From: Octopus sinensis
Taxonomy: Eukaryota
DNA length: 64,000 nt
NCBI RefSeq assembly: GCF_006345805.1
Contig: NC_043026.1
Location: forward strand, 13,247,579 to 13,311,578
Reading direction: 5' to 3'
A program made the position numbers and the translations under genes. Below the pieces are notes generated by a model. It saw only the letters and a program-made list of their open reading frames with translations, was not told the DNA's origin and made no database searches. Below, piece after piece: positions 1 through 13,076 of the stretch; positions within the stretch are counted from its first letter, which is position 1; each line of letters begins with the position of its first letter.

Positions 1-112
1 GTAGCTTTAGGTGTTTTCACTCAATAAACACTCACAGGACCCGGTCTGGGAATCGAAGCTACGATCCCACAACTACAAGTCTGCTGCCCTAACCACTGGA
101 CCATTGCACCTC
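1..112 (-). mobile_element. tRNA-headed SINE family 1, 5' part (runs off the window)
   Basis: Reverse complement shows A box TGGTCCAGTGG and B box CTTCGATTCCC, then the family body GTGTTTATTGAGTGAAAACACCTAAAGC. Confidence 0.75.
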
Positions 113-150
113 CACACACACACACACATATATACATATCTTAATATATA

Positions 151-489
151 ACCATCCGAACGTGGCCATGCCAGTGCCGCCCCAACTGGCTTCCGTGCTG
201 GTGGCACGTAAAAAGCACCATCCGACCGTGGCCGTTTGCCAGCCTCGCCTGGCCTCCGTGCCGGTGGCACGTAAAAAGCACCATCCGACCGTGGCCGTTT
301 GCCAGCCTCATCAGGCACATAAAAAGCACCCACCACACTCACGGAGTGGTTGGTGTTAGGAAGGGCATCCAGCCGTAGAAACATTGCCAGATCAGACTGG
401 GCCTGGTGCAGCCTTCTGGCTTCCCAGTTGCACCGTCCAACTCATGCTAGCATGGAAAGCGGATGCTAAACGATGATGATGATGATGAT
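151..489 (+). mobile_element. GAT-tailed retroelement 3' end (family C) with internal 63-bp repeats
   Basis: GGTTGGTGTTAGGAAGGGCATCCAGCCGTAGAAAC...CATGCTAGCATGGAAAGCGG(GAT)n; more than 20 related fragments occur in the window. Confidence 0.75.
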
Positions 490-965
490 ATATACATAAT
501 ATATATATTATATAGTAGTCACAGCTCATGTCTCACTGCTATGTAGCGTTGCTGTTCGTTAGAATGTTTTCCCTGCATTTGTTCCGTTTGCTGGGTCTTT
601 GAGTTTCTATACCTTTCCTTTCCAGACTGGTTTCTTTCCTTGAGTCCTTCTAACTCTAAGCGTGAAGTCACTAACCACTTACCTATGTTGAGTTGTACAT
701 TCTTCGTCTGGTAAAGACTTTACATTTACAAACATCTATCCATTCTGTTTCCTGGTGACAACATAATCTAGCCAGCACACCCACCAGATTGGTAGGTGAT
801 TGGGTGGTTCTTTTGTTTCCTTCAGTTAATTTTGCAGATCATCAAATCGTTTGCATCTCAGTACTCTAACAGCCTTGCTCCCTATTCATTTCTAGAGCCA
901 AAGCCATAACCTCCGTGCACCCAATGAAATCCATTGTAGAGCTGCCTAAAATGTCTGTTAGTCAC

Positions 966-2668
966 AAGGCGGTGTGTTGGCAGAAGTGTTAGCACGCCGG
1001 GCGAAATGCTTAGCGGTATTTCGTCTACCTTTACGTTCTGAGTTCAAATTCCGCCGATGTCGACTTTGCCTTTCATCCTTTCGGGGTCGATAAATTAAGT
1101 ACCAGTTACGCACTGGGGTCGATGTAATCGACTTAATCCATTTGTCTGTCCTTGTTTGTCCTCTCTGTGTTTAGCCCCTTGTGGGTAGTAAAGAAATAGA
1201 TATTTCGTCTGCCGTTACGTTTTGAGTTCAAATTCCGCCGATGTCGACTTTGCCTTTCATCCTTTCGGGGTCGATAAATTAAGTACCAGTTACGCACTGG
1301 GGTCGATGTAATCGACTTAATCCATTTGTCTGTCCTTGTTTGTCCTCTCTGTGTTTAGCCCCTTGTGGGTAGTAAAGAAATAGGTATTTCGTCTGCCGCT
1401 ACGTTCTGAGTTCGAATTCCGCCGATGTCGACTTTGCCTTTCATCCTTTCGGGGTCGATAAATTAAGTACCAGTTACGCACTGGGGTCGATGTAATCGAC
1501 TTAATCCATTTGTCTGTCCTTGTTTGTCCTCTCTGTGTTTAGCCCCTTGTGGGTAGTAAAGAAATAGGTATTTCGTCTGCCGCTACGTTCTGAGTTCGAA
1601 TTCCGCCGATGTCGACTTTGCCTTTCATCATCCCTTCGGGGTCGATAAATTAAGTACCAGTTACGCACTGGGGTCGATGTAATCGACTTAATCCATTTGT
1701 CTGTCCTTGTTTGTCCTCTCTGTTTTAGCCCCTTGTGGTAGTAAAGAAATAGATATTTCGTCTGCCGTTACGTTTTGAGTTCAAATTCCGCCGATGTCGA
1801 CTTTGCCTTTCATCCTTTCGGGGTCGATAAATTAAGTACCAGTTACGCACTGGGGTCGATGTAATCGACTTAATCCATTTGTCTGTCCTTGTTTGTCCTC
1901 TCTGTGTTTAGCCCCTTGTGGGTAGTAAAGAAATAGATATTTCGTCTGCCGTTACGTTTTGAGTTCAAATTCCGCCGATGTCGACTTTGCCTTTCATCCT
2001 TTCGGGGTCGATAAATTAAGTACCAGTTACGCACTGGGGTCGATGTAATCGACTTAATCCATTTGTCTGTCCTTGTTTGTCCTCTCTGTGTTAGCCCCTT
2101 GTGGGTAGTAAAGAAATAGGTATTTCGTCTGCCGCTACGTTCTGAGTTCGAATTCCGCCGATGTCGACTTTGCCTTTCATCCTTTCGGGGTCGATAAATT
2201 AAGTACCAGTTACGCACTGGGGTCGATGTAATCGACTTAATCCATTTGTCTGTCCTTGTTTGTCCTCTCTGTGTTTAGCCCCTTGTGGGTAGTAAAGAAA
2301 TAGATATTTCGTCTGCCGTTACGTTTTGAGTTCAAATTCCGCCGATGTCGACTTTGCCTTTCATCCTTTCGGGGTCGATAAATTAAGTACCAGTTACGCA
2401 CTGGGGTCGATGTAATCGACTTAATCCATTTGTCTGTCCTTGTTTGTCCTCTCTGTGTTTAGCCCCTTGTGGGTAATAAAGAAATAGGTATTTCATCTAC
2501 CTTTACGTTCTGAGTTCAAATTCCGCCGATGTCGACTTTGCCTTTCATCCTTTCGGGGTCGATAAATTAAGTACCAGTTACGCACTGGGGTCGATGTAAT
2601 CGACTTAATCCATTTGTCTGTCCTTGTTTGTCCTCTCTGTGTTTAGCCCCTTGTGGGTAGTAAAGAAA
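966..2668 (+). repeat. SINE family 2 (Meta-domain-like core) expanded into nine ~184-bp tandem units
   Basis: One tRNA-like head followed by 9 units each containing GACTTTGCCTTTCATCCTTTCGGGGTCGATAAATTAAGTACCAG; TSD TGTTAGTCAC at 956-965 and 2669-2678. Confidence 0.9.
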
Positions 2669-2868
2669 TGTTAGTCACCAGACACAATAACTAAGTCCTT
2701 GTCACTGAGGTAGTCTACAACAGGACCTCATAAAATTCCTTCTTCTGATCTGCCAACTCAGAATGTGGAGCATATGCAAAGACAAATATAGCTACTGACT
2801 TGTCTACGACTATGACAGCTTCAATTACTTTATCTACATATTTTTCTGTCAAAAGTATGCATACATAG

Positions 2869-3028
2869 GCGTAGGAGTGGCTGTGTGGTAAGTAGCTTGT
2901 TTACCAACCACATGGTTCCAGGTTCAGTCCCACTGCATGGCACCTTGGGCAAGTGTCTTCTACTATAGCAGCGGGTCGACCAAAGCCTTGTGAGTGGATT
3001 TGGTAGACGGAAACTGAAAGAAGCCCGT

Positions 3029-3081
<53 letters not shown>

Positions 3082-3412
3082 GTATGTGTGTGTATATGTT
3101 TGTGTCTGTGTTTGTCCCCCCAACATCACTTGACAACCGATGCTGGTGTGTTTAAGTCCCTGTAAGTTAGCAGTTCAGCAAAAGAGACCAATAGATTAAG
3201 TACTAGGCTCGCTAAGAATAAGCCCTGGGTTTGATTTCCTCGAGTAAAGGCGGTGCTCCAGCATGGCCGCAGTCAAATGACTGAAACGAGTAAAAGAGAC
3301 CGATAGAATAAGTACTAGGCTTACAAAGAATAAGTCCTGGGGTCGATTTGCTCAACTAAAGGCGGTGCTCCAGCACGGCCCACAGTCAAATGACTGAAAC
3401 AGGTAAAAGAGT
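2869..3412 (+). mobile_element. SINE family 3 (CORE-like block, internal microsatellite) with duplicated tail
   Basis: A box TGGCTGTGTGG, B-box-like GGTTCAGTCCC, CCTTGGGCAAGTG block, tail GACTGAAAC...AAAAGAG present twice. Confidence 0.85.
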
Positions 3413-3723
3413 ATACATCACCCAAAATTCAAGAAGGATTTAGGGAGAGAATAGAAGTGGGACTGAAGCTAGAACCAGTCTTGGGCTGACCAAAACTTTA
3501 TGAGCAGATTTGGTAGATGGAAACTGAGGATGGTTGGGTGGATAGGTAAGTTTGTGAGAGTGTAAAGTGAAAGTGAAAGAGAGTAGGGACAAGAAACAGA
3601 AGTGAAAACAACACTGAAATATTTTCTTTTTCATTTTGTATATTTATTTACAACATAACAACTGTTCACTGATTTTATCTTTTATTGTATATATAGTATA
3701 GTATCTTTTATTATATATATATA

Positions 3724-3978
3724 CGTGCCGGTGACGCGTAAAAAAAAACCAATTCGATCGTGGTCGCTGCCAGCCTTGCCTGGCACCTGTGCTGGTGGCA
3801 CGTAAAAAGCACCCACTACACTCTCGGAGTGGTTGGTGTTAGGAAGGGCATCCAGCTGTAGAAACACTGCCAGATCAGACTGGAGCCTGGTGCAGCCTTC
3901 TGGCTTCCCAGATCCCCGGTCAAACCGTCCAACACATGCTAGCATGGAGAACGGATGCTAAACGATGATGATGATGAT
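3724..3978 (+). mobile_element. Family C fragment
   Basis: Family core and (GAT)n tail. Confidence 0.75.
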
Positions 3979-4959
3979 AGCTACAGAAAATATGAAATAT
4001 TGTTATCACAGTTATATCATTTTCCTGTGCCGAAGCATAATCATCATCTAATTTCCACCTTCAAAGATTGCACGGCTTGCACATGTTGACAGGTCCAGGG
4101 ACTGCTTTGTCCTCCAGCATTTGCTCTGGCCCTGTTTCTACAGCTGGGTGGCTTTGCCAACACCAATCACTTCACTTAGTGCACTGGGTGCTTTTGTCAT
4201 GACACTAGTACCAATGAAGCTACTATGTAGCTTGCAACACTGAAATCCCCTTCGACTGAGCAGAGCTACATTAAAGAGGGAGATAAGAAGTTAAAGTATG
4301 AAAGAAGGGTTTGTATAGTTTATCTTATAGGATAAATTTTAAGCCTTCTCTGTGCTGTTGTCCACATGAGTTTCCTTCCTTGTAGCTGCAATTTGTCACA
4401 TTACTAAAGTTTATTTCCAGTAAACAGGGGACTTTTGATTCAGAACAAGGGTTAGGGTTAGGGTTAATTTTTGTTTTCTGATGTTATTTCCATTGTTTAT
4501 AAACTAAGCACGAGGTAACCAATCTTCAAAATCGATTGCAGTTTCTTTTACATTTTATTTTTACTGAATCGAAATGGCCATTCCTGCATTTGAAGCTTTT
4601 TCTGAAGGAAATCTTGTTTGATTCTGACTCAGACGATGATTTTGAAGGATTTACTTAAGCAGACATCGATGGTGAAATCATTTGAGATGATGATGAGGAT
4701 GTAGACTGTGCTTACAGTTTATATTGAGTGGATACTATCATCCATGGTTGGCCGATTTAAGGAACATACTATCCCAGGGTTACATAAAAATACTATTCAT
4801 CCATTCCTTTATTAGTATACAGAAAAATCAAGTCTGTACACACAATACAATGTAAGTTATAACAATTTTAAACCAATGGTGCTCCTGGCTTTTGCTCCCT
4901 CAAAAATAATGCAGGGGCAGGGGAAACTATTTTAGGGGCAAATCAGCGTGTTAAAGGTT

Positions 4960-5545
4960 AGTGGGTAGCTAGCAGAAACGTTAGCATGCAGGGCAAAATG
5001 CTTAGCGGTATTTTGTCTGCCGTTACGATGTAAGTTCAAATTCTGCCGAGGTCGACTTTGCCTTTCATCCTCCTGGGGTCGATAAATTAAGTACCAGTCA
5101 CACTCTGGGGTCGATGTAATCGACTTAATCCGTTTGTCTGTCCTTGTTTGTCCCCTTGTGGGTAGTAAAGAAATAGGTATTTCGTCTGCCGATACGTTCT
5201 GAGTTCAAATTCCGCCGCGGTCGACTTTGCCTTTCATCCTCCTGGGGTCGATAAATTAAGTACCAGTCAAGCTCTGGGGTCGATGTAATCGACTTAATCC
5301 GTTTGTCTGTCCTTGTTTGTCCCTCTGTGTTTAGCCCCTTGTGGGTAGTAAAGAAATAGGTATTTCGTCTGCCGATACGTTCTGAGTTCAAATTCCGCCG
5401 CGGTCGACTTTGCCTTTCATCCTCCTGGGGTCGATAAATTAAGTACCAGTCAAGCTCTGGGGTCGATGTAATCGACTTAATCCGTTTGTCTGTCCTTGTT
5501 TGTCCCTCTGTGTTTAGCCCCTTGTGGGTAGTAAAGAAATAGGTA
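4960..5545 (+). mobile_element. SINE family 2 trimer
   Basis: Head plus three tandem body units with the same register as 966-2668. Confidence 0.85.
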
Positions 5546-5719
5546 AATATAGAGCAGCAACACATAATGGAAGTTTTGTTGATTTTTTACCTTTTTCTCA
5601 TTGGTATATCAAGAAATTTTATAAATTCTATAACTCATCAATACTTGTCTTAACTTCTCCTTTTCCCTACAGGTACAGATTCTGCCAAACTGTGAAGAAG
5701 GCACAATGAAAAGTAGCTC

Positions 5720-6515
5720 AGGTGAAATTGTGGGGATGCTGGAGTGGAGAGAAATTGTGTGCGTACGAGATGTAAGATGGAAGAGGTCCTCAAACCAAAT
5801 TCCTCACAGCTAAGTGACAGCAGGTGTGTATAAGTGAGATTAGTGTTTGGGTAGGGATACTGTCAGCTGAGATGGCAAAAGTAATTGCGAGTAGAAAAGG
5901 TGGATCTTTTCGGTTTGAACGGTAGTTTTTAACACAATTTCTAGGTAACTAAAAAATTTTAAACTTCGTATACTGGTAGAATGTGTTTATAAAACATCTT
6001 TTTCTCTTGGCTTTATTGAGAAAATTCTATAGTTTGTAAGATATTTGTTGTTTTTTTTTTCTTCAATTTCTGCAATTTCAACCAATCACTGATGTCTATT
6101 GAGGTAAAAAAAAAACATTCTGTGCTGTATGAATATGTCCCTCGTTTAAGAAACAGATTGGGTTTATTTACATTTGTGAAGAAAAAAGATACCCTTCATC
6201 CCACCCCTAACCCTAAAACAGATTGAAATGCAATAGATCGATACTAGGGTCATAATTATGGGTGACAATTTCATATGACACTGCTAGAAAAAACTGCCGT
6301 TCAAACCGAAAAGATCCGAAAGGGTGTGTGACAGGATGATTAAGTTTGAGAATAATTAAAGGTACCTCAACAGCAACATTTATCTTGGCACATGCCCTAC
6401 AGGCAAGACTGTCAGAAATACAGGAGTTCCATTATGAGATCTTTCAGCAGACTCTGTCAACACCTGACAGCAACCTCGTTATCATAGGCAGAAACTTGAA
6501 TGGACATATTAGTTT
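5720..6515 (+). mobile_element. RTE-type LINE APE-endonuclease relic interrupted by a MITE
   Basis: Broken frames EIVGMLEWREIVCVRDVRWKR, VERVCDRMIK and VIIGRNLNGHI resemble exonuclease/endonuclease/phosphatase motifs. Confidence 0.6.
5902..6317. mobile_element. Merlin-like MITE, type 1
   Basis: ~29-bp TIR GGATCTTTTCGGTTTGAACGG(C/T)AGTTTTT; 8-bp TSD GAAAAGGT / GAAAGGGT; related copies at 10518-10620, 47452-47851, 48060-48212 and 51802-51960. Confidence 0.8.
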
Positions 6516-6615
6516 CAAATTTTGGCACAAGGCCAGCATGGAAGATGGATGTCAACTGATGATGATAATGATATGGTTACTAAACTCTATGGTTATGTTT
6601 ATGCTTCATCAAGTT

Positions 6616-6997
6616 AAGTTAAGTTAAGTTAATTTTTTGGCTCAAAAAGCAAAAAGCAAGGCCATGTAGGGGGACATGGAGTTATGTACAGGGAGGGTGT
6701 TCATGCAAAGAGTTCAGGCCATTTCTGGTAAAGAGAGATTTTGAACCGAGCCGTCGTTGGCATCTTCACTATCTCGTCCGGACGGAGAAAGCACCTCTCC
6801 TTCGGTTGAAATGAAATCGTCGCAGATAGAGCTTTTCGGAGTGACCCCACAGCCGACGCTCTGGAGCAGGAGTGAAGAACATCTCTTTCGAGAGGTTACA
6901 CTTTCCGCTTATGATGTGAGCAAGAATGAGATCACCACGGTGTCGTCGTTTTTCTAGGGAATAAAGTTCGAGCGTCTCCAGCCTTTCTTCATAAGAG
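6616..6997 (-). mobile_element. 5'-truncated CR1-clade LINE inserted in the terminal finger of B1
   Basis: SYEERLETLELYSLEKRRHRGDLI...GHSEKL...FSVR is a CR1/L2-type ORF2 C-terminus; (TTAAC)n tail. Confidence 0.82.
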
Positions 6998-7027
6998 TAA
7001 TTATACGAAAGTGATTTATCACAGATA

Positions 7028-7969
7028 TCACAGAGATGAAGGTTTCTTTCCTGTATGAATACGTTTGTGACTAGATAAATCACCACTTCGAGAAAATGAT
7101 TTACCACACACCTCACAGTGAAATGGTTTCTCACCTGTATGAATACGCTTATGAACAGTTAAGGGGCTACTTTCAGCAAAGGATTTACCACAGATGTTAC
7201 ACTGATATGGCTTTTCCCCAGTGTGAATACGTCTGTGTACAGTCAATTGGGTACTGTGTGAGAATAATTTCCTACAGATATCACACTGATATGGTTTTTC
7301 ACCGGTATGAAAGCGTTTGTGTTGAGTTAAGTCACCACTTACAGAGAATGCTTTATCACAGACATCACAGTGAAAGGGTTTCTCACCTGTATGAATGCGC
7401 TTATGAACAGTTAATGAACTACTTTCAGCGAATGATCTACCACAGACATCGCAGGGATATGGCTTTTCCCCAGTGTGAATACGTCTGTGTACAGTCAAGT
7501 GAGTACTTTGTGAGAATGATTTACTACAGATATCACACTGATATGGTTTTTCACCAGTATGAAAGCGTTTATGTTGAGTCAAGTCACTACTCCCACAGAA
7601 CGATTTACCACAGATGTCACAGTGAAATGGTTTCTCCCCTGTATGAATGCGTTTGTGTTTAGTTAGGGTACTCCCTACTGAGAAAGATTTTCCACAGACA
7701 TCACAGTGATATGGTTTCTCTCCTGTGTGAATACGTATATGAACAGTCAAATGAATCCTTCGAGAGAATGATTTGCCACAGATATCACAGTGATGTGACC
7801 TCTCTCTTCCGTGGATAAGTTTGTGTTCATGGAGAAGCCGCTCATCAGAGAATAATTTACCACAGACATCACACTGACATGGTGTTTTTCCTTTCTCTTT
7901 CTTTATATCATCAGGAAAATCAATAGCTTTACATTGTCTTTCATAGTCCTCACATAATATATACTCCAT
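7028..7969 (-). CDS. C2H2 zinc-finger protein, family B copy 1 (313 aa, 10 fingers)
   Basis: Ten C-x2-C-x12-H-x3-H units, mostly joined by TGEKP linkers; short N-terminal ME-x-x-LCE...DFPD motif shared with the ORFs at 49966 and 57065. Confidence 0.92.
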   Translation of the reverse strand: MEYILCEDYERQCKAIDFPDDIKKEKGKTPCQCDVCGKLFSDERLLHEHKLIHGRERSHHCDICGKSFSRRIHLTVHIRIHTGEKPYHCDVCGKSFSVGSTLTKHKRIHTGEKPFHCDICGKSFCGSSDLTQHKRFHTGEKPYQCDICSKSFSQSTHLTVHRRIHTGEKPYPCDVCGRSFAESSSLTVHKRIHTGEKPFHCDVCDKAFSVSGDLTQHKRFHTGEKPYQCDICRKLFSHSTQLTVHRRIHTGEKPYQCNICGKSFAESSPLTVHKRIHTGEKPFHCEVCGKSFSRSGDLSSHKRIHTGKKPSSL

Positions 7970-8219
7970 AATTTTTCTTCTCCAATTTATATAAACAAGA
8001 TTGCATCAATTCTGTAAAACATTTTCCTTTTGGTCATCAAGAGACGATAACTAATGATGATGTATCTGCTGCAAACAATTCTTTAACCTTTTGCACACTG
8101 TCCACACGTTATGTCACTGTATGAGTTTTCTCCTCTGTAGCAGCAGAGCAGTGGAAGTGGAGACAATCCTAGAGAAGATGCAGTGTTTGAAAGGTCAATC
8201 TTGAATGTTATTTGATAAT

Positions 8220-8240
8220 CTGAAATAAGAAAGAAACAAT
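8220..8240 (-). promoter_or_regulatory. Putative splice acceptor of family B copy 1 coding exon
   Basis: Minus strand TTTCTTTCTTATTTCAG|ATTATC; the homologous acceptor is present upstream of B2 and B3. Confidence 0.55.
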
Positions 8241-8313
8241 AGTGTAGAAGATATTTAAACAATAGATATCCAACAATATCACAACTCCCTACAGATAAAC
8301 TGTAGATCATAGT

Positions 8314-8730
8314 CATCATCATCATCAAGTAACATCCGTTGTCCATGCTGATATGGGTTGGATGGTTTGACCAGGGCTGGTAATCTGAGGGATTGCATCA
8401 GGTTCCTATCTGATCTAGCATGGTTTCTACAGCTGGATGCTCTTCCTAGCGCCAACTACTCTGAGAGCGTAGTGGGTGTTTTTTACGTGCCACGATCGGT
8501 TGGTGCTTTTACGTGTCACCAACACTGACGCCAGTCAGGCGATGCTGGCATCTGCCACGTCCGGACGGTGGTTTTTACGTGTCACCAGCACAGGTGTCTT
8601 AACTACAATTTCCATTTGATTTTTATTTTGATGTTGACGAACTTGACTCAGTAGGTCTCCCCGGGAACAGCGGGTCACTCTATGATCCAAGGTTTGCACA
8701 GCAGGCCGTCCTGCGAGCCGTAAAATACAA
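8314..8730 (-). mobile_element. Family C fragment (in the predicted B1 intron)
   Basis: (CAT)n followed by the reverse-complement core. Confidence 0.7.
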
Positions 8731-9096
8731 GGATACATCATCATTACATTGCTGAACAAAATTTTTATTATTTTTTGTCTTTGGTCAGTAAGTGTTATTC
8801 CCTGATTGCTTTTATCTACAAATCAAAGGAGATGACTACATATATATATATATATGTATATATAAGTTCAGCAACAATTTAGATTCAAATGAATATGGTA
8901 CTTAATTTAGATGCACCAGAATTTTGTATGGTGTTAGCCATAAAAAATTTGTGGGGTGATTATAATAAAAAATAAGCAACAAGAATGACTCCGGTTATTT
9001 GGTACAATTGTTTCGCACTACAACATTTTATTAAAAGTTGTAAGTATTACAAGTATTTGTGTGTATATATATATATATTATATATATATATAAAAA

Positions 9097-9147
<51 letters not shown>

Positions 9148-9682
9148 TAAACAGTAAAAATAATTACAGACATGGACAAGAACATGAAACACCACAGAGA
9201 CGACACAAGAACCACAGGACGGGACATTCGAAGCCCTCAGTCATCAGTCAAGAACCAGATCATCTTAGCAATTTCGGCTGATTATATATATATATATATA
9301 TATATACATACATATCGTGAAGGAGATGAGTGTATGTATGGATGGCAGTAATTTTATTTAGGTTAACAGATCCCAGTACCTTGTCATTTCCTCAGTAGTG
9401 ATGTAGTCACATATCTCTTCTACAGCAAGACCTTTGTACCTATCCCTCCATCAAACCTTCGTGTCCCAACAGATAACTAACAAAAGACTTTATTATATGT
9501 TCATAATCAGAAACTATAAATTTGTGTCAGATTCCTCTAATGTCATAGATAGTAGCTTAGAGAAAGTGGTTCTGAACCAGGGTCCATAAAAGAGTTAGTT
9601 ATAATATCGAATCGCTCGTTAGAAGGGTACAACCGAGTAAAATAGGAATTAAAGAAGTCCATATATAAAATATATGTTGGAG

Positions 9683-10321
9683 CAGGAGTCGGGGAACTTT
9701 TTTAACCAGTTACCCCAAAATATATTTAAGCCGACGTTACCTCCCTTGAGTTGAAACTAAATAAATTTCAGATTCTTTGAATACAAAAGATTTATTGTAT
9801 TTATTTATATGGAGAACACAATTATAAATATAAAAAGTATAAAACAAATGAATAGCCTTATTACGAAACAAAAGGATTTTTTAAGAAACTTTTTCACTTC
9901 AGATTTGGAAGAAATGATGTTTCACTTTTGTTACAATTACATCAAAATTGATGCATTTTGATGCCAGAGCAATTTGGATACAGTCTTCAGGGTCCAATAT
10001 ATACTCTGCTTTGTTTTTATGTTCATTAGGGTGGAAAATCCTTGTTTGCGAAGGTAGGTTGTTAAAAAAGGCAACTTTTTGACTGTCTTCTGATTCCAGA
10101 AGAAAGATTTATCGTAACAAGGAACACGTTTTTTAAATATAATTTTACTTATGCCCAATGAGTCCTCATTACCCGCAAGAATTTTCTTCAACGAAAAGAA
10201 AAAGAAAATTCCAAATGATTCCCGGACGAGAGCCAGGGTCTCTCCCCGCCACCACTTTTTCCGAACCAAAATAAGGGATTTGCAGCATATTAGGTCATTT
10301 ACACAGGTTCGCCGACCCCTG
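9683..10321 (-). mobile_element. hAT (Buster/Charlie-like) deletion derivative
   Basis: Ends CAGGAGTCGGGGAAC / GTTCGCCGACCCCTG; KLPFLTTYL..QGFSTLMNIKTK resembles the hAT C-terminal dimerisation domain; 6/8 TSD match. Confidence 0.72.
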
Positions 10322-11011
10322 GCTTGGAGAAAGTTTCGAACCGGTATTTTTTAATCAGGGTCCACATAGGACTTTGAGGGGTCCACGCAACAAAATAGTC
10401 GACTGGGGATTCACAATAGTATTTTAAGACAAACTTTGTTTTAGGTTTATGCAATGGTATGCATTGCAAAAAACAGCTTGACGTCTCTCAACAAAACAGG
10501 ATTTTTGAAAGAAGTTGGGATCTTTTCTGTTTGAACGGCAGTTTTTTCTAGCGGTGTCATATGAAATTGTCACGCATAATTATGACCCTAGTATCGATCT
10601 ATTGCATTTCAATCTGTTTTAGGTTTATGCAATGGTATGTATTGCAAGAAACATATTGACGTCTCTCAACCTAAACAAGTTAATGTCCGGAAAACAAAAC
10701 AGGAATTTTGAAAGAAGATTCTATAAGACAAGTTTTTAAAAATCGAATGGTTATGGGAGTCCACCAGAATAAAATAGTAACCAAAGGGATCCATTGGTTA
10801 AAAGAATGGTTAAAAACTGCTGGTAATTGCTTTGTATCGTTGAAATCTGTTCGATAATTGAGGCAAGGAGGTGGAGACCAGAACTGCTGTCTACGTCCAC
10901 CGAGCAACATTAAAGGGTTTGTTTTGTGGAGGCGAAGATGCGGGAGTTAATGCAGACGATGACACACGATGTTAATTAAGAGATAGAATAGCTTCATGAC
11001 TGAATACTTAC

Positions 11012-11130
11012 AGAAATTTGTTTCTATCGAGGTTAAATATCGATTTGGCTTCAACAGTGGACATGAGAAGCAGAAAACCAGGAACAAAGGTGCGAAGAAG
11101 GCGGATGCCACCTTTACTGCGCTTGCGTAG
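11012..11130 (-). promoter_or_regulatory. Putative promoter and non-coding exon 1 of family B copy 1
   Basis: Minus-strand donor TTTCT|GTAAGT (intron starts 11011); TGCGCTTGCGT motif at 11118-11128; partial homology to the equivalent blocks upstream of B2 and B3. Confidence 0.5.
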
Positions 11131-12424
11131 AACTGACATCGCTTTCCTATAGAATATCAGTTTCAAATTCTGGCACAAGGCCAGCAATTTCGGGGGTCGG
11201 GGTGAGTCGTTCACATCGACTCCAGTGCTCAGCTGGTACTTATTTCATCGACCCTAAAAGGATGAGGTAATTTTTCAGGGTAACACCTGCACGATTTTCA
11301 CTAACAAAAAAAAAAAACCCTCCAGTTTTTTTGCGTGGAATTAAGTACCCTGACCTCCTAATATGTTGCAAATCCCTTATTTTAGTTCAGAAAAAGTGGT
11401 GGCAGGGAGAGACCCTGGCCCCCGTCCCGGAGTCATTGGAAATTTTCCATTTCTTTTCGTTGAATGAATTCCTATCGCATCCTAATATGCTACAAAACCA
11501 TTGTTTTGGAGTCCGAAAAACGGAAATTGTACCCACTCCCAACATTTTACAGAAATAAAATTTCCAGAGAGTGAATTACATGGTTCGTTATTAAATCTAT
11601 ATATATTGTGCATGGTTAATGTTTACATCTTTAACCGGTTATTAAACAGAACGTAGTTTTTGTTTCCCATACATGTAATAACATGGCAATCTTTCGGTCA
11701 CCCACACAATCATCCCGCATGACATAAAGTGGCTAGTCTGAAAAACAGGGTAAATGACGTTGTCTCCTCATGCCTCAGTCTGTATACCAGTAACTAATAA
11801 TCGCCAAAAACATTACATACATTGTTTATATCGAATATATAATTACAGTTTCTACAACAAATGAGGACACTCTTGGTTTCTTATTCTTTTCCTTATACTC
11901 GTTCCACTTTTTGCATCAACCATTATCGTGTCACTATAAACTGGTGAGATGACATCTGTGTCATTAATAAAAGAAAATATTATACAACAGAATTTAAGGA
12001 TATATATATATCTTTTATATTTTACTCGTTTCAGTCATTAGGTTGTGGCCATGCTGGAGCACCACCTTGAAGAATTTATAGCTGAATGAAACCATGCCAG
12101 AACTTATCGGTGTCTTTTACTGAACCACTAAGTTACAGGGTTCTAAACACACTAACACCAGTTGTCAAGTGGCGGTGGGGGAACAAACATTGACAATGGA
12201 CTTCTTTTCAGTTTCCACCTTCTCAATCAATTAGGTTTTCATTGATTCAAGGCTATCGTAGAAGACACTTGCCCAAGGGGTCACATAATGAGACTGAACC
12301 CTACCTTATGGTTGGGAACGTAGACGTCCTTCTAATTGAATGTAATAAAGTGTAGGATTAGATTATTATCCTACTTCCAGCTAGTGTTGCGGTCAGGATT
12401 TGAAAAGTAGGGCAGATTTCCCCT

Positions 12425-12655
12425 CATCCGATCGTGGCCGTTTGCCAGCCTCGCCTGGCACCTTTGCCGGTGGCACGTAAAAAGCACCCGCTACACTCAT
12501 GGAGTGGTTGGCGTTAGGAAGGGCATCCAGCTGTAGAAACACTGCCAGATCAGACTGGAGCCTGGTGCAGCCTTCTGGCTTCCCAGACCCCAGTTGCACC
12601 GTCCAACCCATGCCAGCATGGAAAGCGGATGCTAAACAATGATGATGATGATGAT
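12425..12655 (+). mobile_element. Family C fragment
   Basis: Family core and (GAT)n tail. Confidence 0.75.
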
Positions 12656-13076
12656 TTGAAAAAAACAAGGGGGAATTTGTAGAAGTGTTCAGTGAACAAA
12701 TACCCGGTAGTGGCTGAAACATGAACTGATCAAGTTTCTGTATAAATTTTCCTTTTATATGTTTGTTTCCTTTTACACAATATGAAACCAACGGCTAAAA
12801 ATTCTCTGAAGCAGCAACCCTCCTGATTTTATCAATGAGCCACCATTGCCTGGTGAAAAGGATTAGCCTGCAACAGTCCTGTGCTGGTGCCATGTAAACG
12901 TGTTCATGCCATTGCCACATTAAAAGCACCCAATACACTTTGTGAAGTGGTTGGCATTAGGAAGGGCATCCAGCCATAGAAACCAAGCCAAATCAGAGTG
13001 GAACCTGGTGCAGCTCTCTAGCTTCAGCCAACCAATCCGACCCATGCCAGCATGGAAAACAGATGTTAAAGGTAAT

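Noticed and set aside
966-2668. Regular array suggestive of CRISPR or a repeat protein (ORF 1870-2217)
   Set aside because: The units are whole SINE bodies without unique spacers, the context is eukaryotic, and there are no cas genes
4570-4720. Acidic peptide SDSDDDFEGF suggesting a piggyBac or pogo transposase terminus
   Set aside because: Too short and low-complexity, with no TIR pair or catalytic region found
8086-8200. GENSYSDITCGQ in the predicted B1 5' UTR resembling a decayed finger linker
   Set aside because: The similarity is too weak to distinguish from chance
10190-11470. ~100-bp inverted pair (10190-10295 / 11365-11470) as ends of one large element
   Set aside because: The left arm is internal to the hAT derivative and no TSD brackets the pair; more likely two fragments of related repeats
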